From Octopus sinensis (Eukaryota), in the NCBI RefSeq assembly GCF_006345805.1, contig NC_042997.1, positions 85,374,001 to 85,438,000 on the forward strand: 64,000 nucleotides of DNA. Direction: 5' to 3'. Under the pieces are notes generated by a model. It saw only the letters and a program-made list of their open reading frames with translations. It did no database searches and was not told the origin of the DNA. Positions 38,330-49,405 of this stretch are shown here, piece after piece. The position numbers and the translations under genes were made by a program. The first letter of the stretch is position 1. Every line of letters starts with the position of its first letter.

Positions 38330-41300
38330 TGTTATATCCTTACGCCTCTAACATCGTAGTGTGGTTGATATTGTCAGCGATAGATAAAGAATACACTGTA
38401 ACAGTGTCATAATAATACAAAATAGAAACAGCAGCAGTAACCAACATATATAGAACCAACATTCAATATTTCCAACACAATAACTCGAACTGTAAACTGT
38501 ACCTGGACTACGAAGACCAAACAACGTATGCCGACTGCATCAGATCGCTACTATTTATATGCATTTATCCTGTCTATTCCCGCCATGAGGTGTCGTACTG
38601 ACGCCACAATATCTCCTCTTTTGAGATTTCGAATTACGAAGGAATAAAGAAATTTATTTATTATTATTTTTTAGTATCTTTTTCAATTGGACCCTATCTC
38701 AAGGTGTTCGGTCTGCTTCCGTTTTCTCACGCTGATTCTACGGGATTCCATTACTTTCGGTGCTGGGACATCGAATACATAAAAAAATACTTCCATAGGA
38801 AATTTCCTCCGTTCTTCGGTATGTCTCCTCTTTAGCTGATTAATGTATCTCCTATTTTCCCAGCGTGATCCTTTAATTAGATACATCATACTCCCTATGT
38901 TTTTGGTTACAAGGTCATCCTCCCAGCCTTCTTTACCATTTCTCTAGGTTTTAAAATGCACTTTATCTTCTACTTCGAAATATTTCGTTGCATCTTTCGT
39001 ATTTCCTTTACATTTTATTTTCTCTGGCAATAACTTAACAAAAATCGAGTTTATTCTCGCGAACATCAACTCTGCGGGTAACTTTCTTGAATTTGTACTT
39101 GGATTGGCGGTTACTCTATATACCCTTAAGAATTCTGTTAGTACTTCGTCGTTACTTAACCCGTTCCAAGCCTTTCTTAACGCTCTTTTGAACATGTCCA
39201 CAAATCTTTCTACCTGCCCATTTGACCTTGGGTGGTAGGGTGAAGTGAAAATATGCTTTATCGCATGCATTTTACAGAAGTTCTTGAATTGCATTCCATT
39301 ATCAGAAACTAACTTGCCTGGAACACCGTATCGCGCAAACAATTCATATAGGAACGTTATAGCTGTCTTAACGGTTGGTTTATTGCACCTGCATACGTCT
39401 GGTCACTTTGTACAGTTGTCTACCATGATTAGATAGTAAGTCCCGTTCACCGGTCCGGCAAGTCGATATGTAACCTAGACCATGGGATCTCAGTCTCCGG
39501 CCACGATTGATATTTTAGCGGGGTGGGTGGGGGCTGTGGTCGCGAACGCGCAACCTCGACAAGTTCTCACTAAATTTTAGATATCCCGATTCATAGTCGG
39601 TAAATAGACGTATCTCCTCAGAGCTTTCAGTCTCGAAATTCCTGGGTGTCCGCTGTGGAATTGCTGCAATACACGTTTTTGTAATGTAGCCGGTACTACA
39701 ACTCTTTGCACATACATCAGAATATCGTCGCATATTGAGAGACTACTCGAATTTGTATTTTTAGTCTACTTATTCTTTAAAGTTTCTTTCATTTTTGTAA
39801 TATACTCATCGCCTACAGATTTCATTCTTATATCTTATATCCTTTATTGCATCTGCCCTCGACGGGTCAGGCTGTCTACCATTTTTATTAATTATTTGTC
39901 CTAAGTACTTAATTTGAAGCAAAAATAATTCGCATTTTTCTTCACTCAAAGTGAACCCATACTCCTTAATTTTCTGGAACACAGCTTTTATATGCTCCAC
40001 ATGTTCGTGCGAATTACTCTTAAAGGGATTGCAAATTCACAATCAGGTAACATAGCGTCCATCATCTACTGAAATATCGCAAGTGCAACTTTTAATCCAA
40101 AAGGCAATCGGGTATATCTGTACAATCCTTTATGTGTATTTATTGCCAGATACTTTGAGCATTTGTCATTTACTTTAATTTGTGAATAAGCGTCAGACAG
40201 ATCCAATTTGGAGAAAATTTTTCCACCATTTAATTTTGCGAAAATGTTCTCTAGGTCGGGAGTGGACGGTGGTATGTCTTTAAGCAGTCGTTCAATCCTG
40301 TAGAGAAATCAGCACACAGCCTAATCTTATTGTTTTTCTTTTTAACGCCCACTTAGAGTAATCCACCTTTTTGATGATTCCACTCTTTTCCAGTCTGTCC
40401 AACTCTTCATTCACGATTTCAGTTGCCACGAACGGTACTTTCCTGCTAGATTTAAATACAGGCACAGCGTTTTCACTAACTCGAAAGCAGGCTTCAGTCT
40501 TCTTACATAAACCCAAGTCTTCCTATAGTACTTGAGGAAACATCTTTTTCAGTTTTCTCCTCAATTCCTCAGACGATTCATTTTTAACGGAACAACGATT
40601 TATGTTTTTTGCAGTAGAGACTTATGGGTAGGTGCCATAAGTTAAATACCTTCAACCAATCTGTACCAAACAGTTTGATTATATTCTGCACAATGAACAT
40701 TTTTACTTCGCGTGTTTCTCCTCGAAATGTGACGTCTGTACACATTTCGCCATGAAATGTAATTTATCGCCCGTCAATTTTCGCCGTTTTACGTAACCTC
40801 GGTTTCCCAATTTTCTTCCATATATCCGCATTTATGATTGAAATATCACTACCCGTATTCAACTAATTTAATATTTGTACCATTTATTTTTACGTGTCGT
40901 ATTCACTTTCTGCTGAAAACACCTTAGAACTTTTTGCGTTCGATCCTCATAATCTTGTCCTGTAGTGTGAGCTCTTGTGACCAAATTTCTGACAACTATA
41001 ACATTTTCGGTTTTTAAACTGACACTCTTTTCTGAAGTGTAGGCCTTTGCATCCGTAACATGGCCTGGAGCCTGGCTCTCTTGTTTGGTTGTACTTTCTG
41101 GGTCGACGCATCTGTATTTTTGCGGAATGTTTCTCTTGAATTTTTCTCACGTCGTGCTTCAGGTTTACCATTGTTTGGCATTCTTCTGCAATGACCTGTA
41201 GGGTTAAGTTTTTGATTGCTTGCACCATTTTTGAGAGAATTCTTGCCGGAATATCTCTATCTTCGGTTGCCGTAAGGACTTGTACGAAGATAAAGGATTT

Positions 41301-42718
41301 AAACATATCCCGAGTGAGTTCTTGGAGTTTAAAGCTTTCACACATACGGTTGGCTACTCCGGCGTATGTAATAAGTACTCATCGTAATTTTTTGTTTAGT
41401 TCCAACACTTCATTCGAGTGTTAAATAGCGAAATTTTGTTACAAAAGATCTTTGAGAGTAATTCAATAGTTTCTTGGAAGCTAAACTCACTCGACGTTTT
41501 GGACAATATAAAGTTAGAGTAGCGTTCATGCTCGGCCGGAGCTACCTTGCGTAGTAATAGCTTCACTTTCTCCTCATCCGAACATGACTTACAATTTTTG
41601 TTAAAATTTTCCTCGTACATTCTATAGTACACAGGAAATGTACTACCCTCCCCCAGATTATAAGTGAATTCAGAAATCGAGTTCGCCACGCCTTCTGGCG
41701 TAAACGAACTTACTGAATTTTCTGACTTCCTTAAATGTAACTCAATTGACTGCTGATGTTGTCATTTTTGCTTCTGCAACTCCTGTAGTTGTTTCTCTTG
41801 AAGTTGTATTACTGCAGCTAATAGGGTCTCCATAATTTAACAATTTGTATGACGCACAAATTGTCAAATAACCTATGTGAGCATCGAAAAATCCTCGTCG
41901 CCAAATGTTATATCCTCACGCTTCCAATATCGTAGTATGGTTGATATTGTCAACGATAGATAAAGAATACACTGTAACAGTAACAATACAAAATAGAAAC
42001 AGCGGCACCAACAAACACACAACGAATCAACAATCAGTATTTCCAACATACTAACTATAACTGTACCGGGATTTCGAAGACAAAACTACGAATTGGTTCT
42101 TTATTAACCACAAGGGTTGAGATAAAGAGGGGACAGACAAGGGGTCGGGGAACCTGATGAAATAACAAAATGATAAGCATTAATTAAAAATTTATGATAA
42201 TATATACGAATAAGGGATGATATAACAATGACGGGTTGAGGGGAGGGTGTGACACCAAAACCCATGTTCCACACTGATCCCTTTATGAGACTTATGTTCT
42301 CACTCAAGCATACACATTCACGCTCAACATGCTTGCCATCTTTTCTCATATATACTGAGTGACAAGCGCCTCCTTTCCAGCCTTAGTTTCCTTTTAAGAT
42401 GGAAAATAAAAAAATTCCCCGAACTAAGGCCGGAGATGAAGAGACCTGTCACTAATCCTTTCATGCGTGTCTTCCACACCACATTTTTCGCCACAGCCAC
42501 TACACAAAGAAAACAGACGTTCCTTTCCCTGTTCAGGTGGAACAATCTTTATTATTGACTCGGTTGACAGTTGTACACTTCCTAGACGTGACAGCAGTTG
42601 TTCGACATAAACTCACAATTCTGAAAGTTTCGGACACTGCACTACGTTAGACCGCTACTATTTATATGTAGTGGTCCCGTCTATTCTCGTCAGGGGGTGT
42701 CGTACTCACGCTACAACA
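38330..42718 (-). mobile_element. Gypsy (Mag/K02A2.6-like) LTR retrotransposon, decayed provirus
   Basis: 3' LTR at 38330-38611 and 5' LTR at 41906-42718 (tgttatatcc...acaaca). The PBS TGGCGACGAGGAT (41891-41903) is complementary to tRNA-Ser(GCU); PPT aaaagaggaga at 38613-38623. Gag KVKLLLRK.APAEHERY with two CCHC knuckles; protease GSDISII; RT FSKLDLSDAY..RLPFG; integrase HPG..C..C and SDNG..SNGQVERFV. Confidence 0.9.
42091..42545 (-). mobile_element. 5'-truncated Tx1-like LINE inserted in the Gypsy 5' LTR
   Basis: ORF 42324-42545 (VVAVAKNVVWKTRMKG..FHLKRKLRLER..YEKRW) is homologous to 9230-9420; it ends aataaagaa and interrupts the LTR alignment. Confidence 0.75.
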
Positions 42719-42916
42719 TTATATATACATATAATAAAAAATGCATTAAAAACTAAAAAGCGAAAAACTTTTGTGTCTGTCCTATGTACGTTTTTTTTCA
42801 ATATTTAATTCATGAACGCCACGCATCCCGACTTTTGTTCACCGTAAGTCAATATGTTTATAAGTATGTGTGTGTGTATGTATATATATATATATACACA
42901 CACACAATGGCGCCAT

Positions 42917-44494
42917 TTAATTTAAGTACGCTAGTGTACTAATGTTAAAATGGCATTTTTTATGTATTCAAGCTGTAAATTGTGAATTAAGATGTATATC
43001 AAAATAAAGAAAATTTCACAACTTTACAGCGTAACATCAACACATTAATTTTAAATTAAAAATAAATTTTAATTATCATGATTTATAGCGTCAATTAATT
43101 TAAGAACGATTTGTAAAATTTCAGTTTTTGCTTTAAGAAGTTTTTTCTGAGATCAACAAAAAACAATAAGCTCACATAATCAGTATTTGGTTGGTTATCC
43201 AAAATTACTTAATACAACTTTGAATCTGAAAAACATAAAATTGTTCAGATCATTTATCAATGTTCCTAGGATTTTTTTAATAATGTTTTTAAAAAATTAT
43301 CCTTATTCTTTGGCTTACTACTTTGCATAGCTCTACCCAACCTTTATCAAAGATTTTCGATGGGATTTAGGTCGGGTGACTGCGCCGGCCACTGCGTCAA
43401 CGAACTCTCTTAGTCCTAATGCAATCTCTGACAAGGTGCGAGGTGTGTTTCGGGTCGTTGCCATGCTGGAAAGTCCAAGATCGGCCCAAATGCTTTCGGG
43501 CGTATGGAAGCATAGTTTTATCCAATATTTCAAGATAGGACTTACTATCCATAATGCCCTTGATTGGGATTATAGCACCGACGCCTTTTCTAGACATGCA
43601 CCCCCATAATATCACACTTAATTGTAGGTTGAATGCATTCTGGATGACATTCTTCGCCTATACGCCTTCTTACACACTTCCTGCCATCACTGCCGAACAA
43701 GTTGAACTTTGACTCGTCCGACCACAACACATTCGACCAATCTGTTGGAATCCAATTCAAATGCTCTTTTACGAACTGCATTCGAGCGCATCGAGTTTTT
43801 AAAGAAATGTATGGCATTTTGTGAGAGATTCTTCCTAGAAGTCCAAATCCTTTCAGACGGTTTTTATGGTGGACACTCAATGATAAATCCATATTTTTGC
43901 CGAATTTCTTTCAAAATGTCAACAATGGTCATTTTTCGTTTTTAATGTAGGGACAGTCTATGAATGTATCTATCCCTTTTTGCCGGTTTATTTATTTATT
44001 TATTTTGATTGCATAAGTCGAGAGCAGTCTTTATAATCATAAGTTCTTAATAAGGATGGACAGTATTGTAGATGGTTGTTTTAGAGCATCCAACTTCGTT
44101 TGAAATAGCTTTATACGACCATTTCAGCCTACTAAGCTGAATGATCCTCGCTCTGGTTTCTGGTGTTAAGTTTTGTCCCTTACCCATCACAACTATTAAG
44201 TAACTTAAAAATTGTAACAGCATGCAAATTATCATATCTTTATATTAGTCAATATGGCAATAAAAAAAATGAAATTTTGCAAATCGTTTTTTAATTAAGT
44301 GGCGACGTAAATTACGCATAAAAGTTTATTTTTAATTTAAAATTAATATATTGATGTTACGCTGTAAAGTTGCATACCATATTAAACCTCGTAAAATTTT
44401 CCTTATTTTGATATACATCGGAATTTACAATTTACAACCTGAATATATAAAAAATGCCATTTTAACATTAGTATATTAGCATTCTTACATTAAT
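42917..44494 (-). mobile_element. Tc1-family transposon with long (about 200 bp) inverted repeats; transposase pseudogene at about 43290-44187
   Basis: MGKGQNLT.. HTH, WSDESKFNLFGSDG, IWGC-like ILWGCMS, FQHGNDPKH (catalytic D mutated to G) and DLNPIENL. Inverted repeats at about 42917-43125 and 44270-44494. Confidence 0.9.
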
Positions 44495-44514
44495 TATATA
44501 TTGTAGTGTGTGAC

Positions 44515-44625
44515 AGAATCATTAGCACGCCGGGTAAAATGCTTAGCGGTTGAGTATTGGGGTCGATGTAATCGATTTACCTCCACCTGCCGAACTTTCT
44601 GACCTTGCGCCAAAATTTGAAATCA
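44515..44625 (+). mobile_element. SINE family A, internally deleted
   Basis: Head and tail of the consensus are joined directly. Confidence 0.6.
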
Positions 44626-46335
44626 ATTTTATATTGATAAGGAAATCCGGAGAATTTTCACGTTTTATAAATTCTCTTTTTTTTTCTGTTTCGAAGCACA
44701 AATTAATAAATCTTATTAACATTATCATTATATGTTTACAATTTCGATTGTCTTTGACTTCGTTCCATAGCTGAGATTAACAGAGCGTAACAATTGAACA
44801 TACCTCAAGACCAGTAGAGTAACAAATTGGGCTCTCAGAAGAAAGTGTAATAAAATTACTTACACTTGTTATTGCTTATACAATAAAGTGATGCAATCTG
44901 TAGCCATTGGTTCCAATGCTACAAATGCCGAAAATATTTCTTCAGTAGTAACGGACAAGGGAGTTTTTTTATCCTAAAATTATGAATATATCACTCGGTT
45001 ATTGAAATTATGAGCAAGCACAATAATTTCTTTAAAAATATAATGAATTTGTTGTTAAAATTCAGAAATTAGCAGCTCTCATTGTGTGAATAAAGCACAA
45101 CAGGGAATCTTTATAATAAAAAGAAAATTGATATTTCTTCTGAATTTCAAAATAAAATTGCTACATGTGAACTCGGAAAAGAAAGTTCAGAAAACTTCTC
45201 TGGAAACAAAATATAATAACTAAATAGAATAAATACATGAAAAAATACGTAAGTAAATAAATAACTATTTTGTATCAAATTCTCATACAAATATTGTAAA
45301 TGAGCTAAATTGAGCTTCTTGGTTTTTTTTTCTTTTCATCTAAACTCTAATTACAGCTTTTGATAACATTAATAAAATATATTTCGAACTACGTAGTATT
45401 ATTTTTAACATTACAGTTTAGTAAAAAGAAAACTACCATTAAGATTCTTAGAGAACGACGTAAAAGAATGGAATAAATTCAGGGATCGTTTTTCATTTGA
45501 GATTTTCTGAAGTTCTCGCTATAGAAGATATCATCGAGCTAAACGAGAAATATTAAGCGTTTTATAGGTTTATAGGTGTGAAGCCAATGGTCACTCTCTG
45601 CCTAGCCATAACAATCAACCTTCTAAATATATATATATATATATGTAAAACCACATTCATTTCAAGTAATTCTATGTTTATAATTTTTCAAACGTGAATT
45701 ATTTGGTGATTGTTCGTTGATAAACAAGCGGCGTTTCTTGATGTGATAGAATGAAGAGCAAGAGAAACAGGAAATAGTTATATATTACGACCAACGTAAA
45801 ACTATGCAGATTTGACTCAATAGCTAATAAATTTTACTGTAATGTGCACTGACGGAGCGAATACTATGTTTGAACGAAATCTGGAATTGTGAGAAGATTA
45901 ATTCAACAATTTCCAGACGGTTTAATTTAGCATTGGTTGAGTCATTGATTACTAGTTTTATATGATGCCATAGGTGAAATCAATAAAATAGGTCACTTCG
46001 AGAATTGGGGGCCAGTTTTATGTTACTTTTTATAAGTTTGATTTTTTAAACATGAAAAATGTCATACAGCTATTCAAACAGAACTAGACATTGAAATAGT
46101 CAGAATTCAGAACAGATAGTATTTTTGGCTCAAGACAGTTTTCCTGAAGTAGAACACCTGATAAAGCTATATGGAGGACTTATCCAGCTCCTTATACGTT
46201 TTCCATCGAAGATAAGAGTTTTCAGGCGGGAGAAAATGGTTGGGAAACAAAGCATTTATAATAAACTTGAAATTTATGATCGAAATTTTGGATGAACTTG
46301 CATTATAATCAAACGCACTACAAGAAAGAAAGGCA

Positions 46336-46535
46336 ATTGACTTTCATAAAGGCAGATAAACTCATCAAATATAAAATTGATTTATTTATATAATTAATAA
46401 AATAGTTTTAGTTTACATGAAAATAAAATTAATGAACTGGCACAAAGAGATGCGTTCAAATGCATAGAAGAAAATGAGAAGCTTAAATCACTGCTACGAG
46501 AACATTTAATAGAGTCTATTATTGATTAAATGAAG
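46336..46535 (+). repeat. Old AT-rich dispersed repeat (possible LINE linker/RT relic), second copy at 54885-55095
   Basis: The two copies are about 70% alike (ENKINELAQRDAFKCIE versus ENKINELTQSDIFKCIE); class is an inference. Confidence 0.4.
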
Positions 46536-46599
46536 GCTGTATTGTTAAATTAAGAGAGGACGTGGAATAATAGTATGGGTAGTATCAGTAGTGCATTGG

Positions 46600-46775
46600 A
46601 TATAATACACTGCGGTATTCTGTTACTTCTGTGTTTTGAGTTCAAATCCTATCGGGGTCAACTTTGACTTTCATCCTCCCGCTGTTGATAAAATAAAGCG
46701 CTATTCAAATACTGTGGTCGATTTAATCGACTAACTGCTTCAAACAAATTTGTGACCTTGCGCCCGTGTAAGTAA
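46600..46775 (+). mobile_element. SINE family A, diverged
   Basis: Matches the family consensus. Confidence 0.6.
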
Positions 46776-48435
46776 TTAATATTATTAAATGAAGATTATA
46801 TTACGTCTAAAATGATTTATGTAAGCTCTACAATACTGCACATGAAATTATTGTAAATTTTTAGGCCTTACTGAATGGAATATTATAAAAGTCAGAGTAA
46901 ATTCCCTCAGAAAGCTGGGAGAGAAGAGTTGCATTAATTACATTTCTAAAATATGAAATAGGTTCAAAGGATTTTCATTACTGTAATAAACAGAATTCAA
47001 CTGAAAGATGTTGCCGCAGCTGAAGACAAAGCAAATTACGATTATAACAGCAATAAGTTCTGTATTACAGAAAAGTAATTGTATCTTAGAAAGTAAGTTG
47101 TAACAGGTTTTAAGCCATGAAATGAATGAAAGAATTGCAATTTTTCAATAAAGAAACGACTAGCTGAACTTTCTGAGTTTAATTCATACAGAGATCGATT
47201 TAATCTTTCAGCATTCTGTGAACTGAGTATCACTTCTTTACATAGTGTCGAAAAGATGCAGCAATGATAAATAAATATTTTATATCTTTAATATTCCGAG
47301 CTATTGTCAATTATCAGTAGCGTAATGAACGGCAGGGAGCAGTCCGCCCTGGACGACGCTTTTATGAGGGGAGGCACTTTCAAGTTTGCTGTATAAGCCT
47401 TTATAGGAGCGAGGAGCAACAAACTCAAGGGCTACCCAGAGCGACAAATATTTCAGCTACGTCACTACCGATTGGAGCTCCTTAATTTTATCTAATAACT
47501 ATAGCCAGGAGCCTAAAACATGGTTTAAGTCTATTGATTATTGCTGTCTGGTTTCATATACATTGCTAATATCCACAATAAAAGTATAACTTAACTTCAA
47601 TTATCGCTTACCACTACTTGACGGTCAGTTTTCATCCCATGTTATAAATTTCAAGGCTTGTATATAAAAGAAAAAGTAATACATGCTGAAAGAGTCCATA
47701 ACAAAAGACACTTTCCGTATTATCATGGGAAAGAAGTTACTCAGTCTGAGCGCTTTTTCATCACTTCTACTCAAGTCTGAATGTTCTAAAATTGTTGGCA
47801 CATTAATGCGAATAGGCGCATTCAACCAATGGCTTGCATTTATATCCCAACAATTCTAAAACTTTCAGGCTTGATCGTAGAACTGATGAGGAACTTGCAG
47901 GGAGCAATATGGAAACTGTTTTTGGATGTAATGGTACGGCATCTCCCATTGTACCGCACTCATTTGAAATCTCTTCAACTTCTGGTGGAATACACTTGCC
48001 GGAGAGCAGGAAATACTTAGAATTGACAAACCTTCCATCTTGGAGACTACAGGTGTACATGCCCCTTCAACCGCCATCTATCAAAAGCAGATTGGTTGTT
48101 TCAGCGAATTTCAGAAGAAATTTTTCATGGAAGTGCCGCCGACTTATTTTAATAACCCTAATCAAACTATAATCAATCTCATAAAGAAAGAGCAAGATGT
48201 CAGAAGATATAACTGATTTCGAAAATATATATCATCAAAGAATTTGGTTTTGCTTGCATTTTAGACAAAGAAGTATTCCGTTGTGATGTCATATAACCAG
48301 CATTGTATTTAAGGATGATATACCGTTTAAATAAATATGGTTTACACTTACACAAACACACACACACTCATTTCTATACGTAGATACATTTACATGTGTA
48401 AATTTGTATGTTTGTATCTAAATATATCTCTCTCT

Positions 48436-48758
48436 TAGCACTCCGTCGGTTACGACAAGGGTCCCAGCTGATACGATCAACGGAACGGCTTGTTCGTGAA
48501 ATTAATGTGCAAGTGGCTGAGCATTCCACAGACACGTACACCCTTAATGTAGTTCTCAAGGAGATTCAGGGCGACGCAGAATGTGACAAGGCTGGCCACT
48601 TTTGAAATACAGATACTACTCATTTTTGCCAGCTGAGTGGACTGGAACAACGTGAAAAAGTGTCTTACTCAAGGACACAATGAGTCGCCGGGAATTGAAC
48701 TCACGACTTTACGATCGTGAGCCGAATGCCACTAACCGCTAGGTCACACGCCTTCACT
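48436..48758 (-). mobile_element. SINE family C, near full length (partial second copy at 48925-49065)
   Basis: tRNA-like head on the minus strand, gtgaaggcgtgtgacctagcggttagtggcattcggctcacgatcgtaaagtcgtgagttcaattcccgg, with A and B boxes. Confidence 0.75.
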
Positions 48759-49104
48759 AAATATATATACACAAACACATATGTACGTATGTATGCATGT
48801 ATGTACGAATGACCAATTTCTAGCTGCTAATTTGATATGCGGTCTATGCGGTGGCAAACCGATCCGGGCTCGCAAGATACACGAAAGCATACAATCAAGG
48901 TGCTGTTCAAACGAGCACCCAACTGCAACGTAGTTCTCGTGGAGATTCAGCGTGACGCAGAATGTGACAAGACTAGCCCTTTTGAATTACAAGTACTACT
49001 CATTTTTGCCAGCTGAGTGAATTGGAGCAACGTAAAAATAAAGTGTCTTGCTTAAGAACACAATGAATACACCTGAATAACTAGAGGAAAGTTATCATCT
49101 AAGC

Positions 49105-49405
49105 TTTAAATCTTTTGGGTTTAGCTTCGCAATGGAAACAAACTCAACCCATCAACGACTTAGACGTCACGCTAGATTTAGACATTTTCATACAAAGCTT
49201 TCAGTAAACCCAATGAGAGACTGGCCTATATTAACACTGAGTGCTACCATTACTGTGTAAGATCCTAGAAAACAGTGTGAACTATCCTCTTGTAAGATAA
49301 TATTTGACAGAGCAACGCTTTTCTACAAATCCCTAGAAGGAAATGAGTTCAAAGAGCAGATTGCTTATAACGCAGCCGGAACCTTTCAAATTGAAAGTAA
49401 CATAG
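49105..49405 (+). mobile_element. Penelope-like RT thumb relic, left part
   Basis: Frameshifted FSFAMET..NDLDVTLDLD..PNERLAYINT..IIFDRATLFYKSLEGNEFKEQIAY, resembling PLE FLDVTLDL..KPN..YIN..IF..A.PYY..AL..SGYKE.L.Y. Confidence 0.6.

Noticed and set aside
47882-47925. Hammerhead ribozyme core (ctgatgag...gaaac)
   Set aside because: Stem II does not close next to the conserved cores and no stems I/III were found.
48690-48758. tRNA genes at SINE heads (here and in families A and B)
   Set aside because: A and B boxes are present but there is no complete cloverleaf, and each runs into a repeated SINE body.
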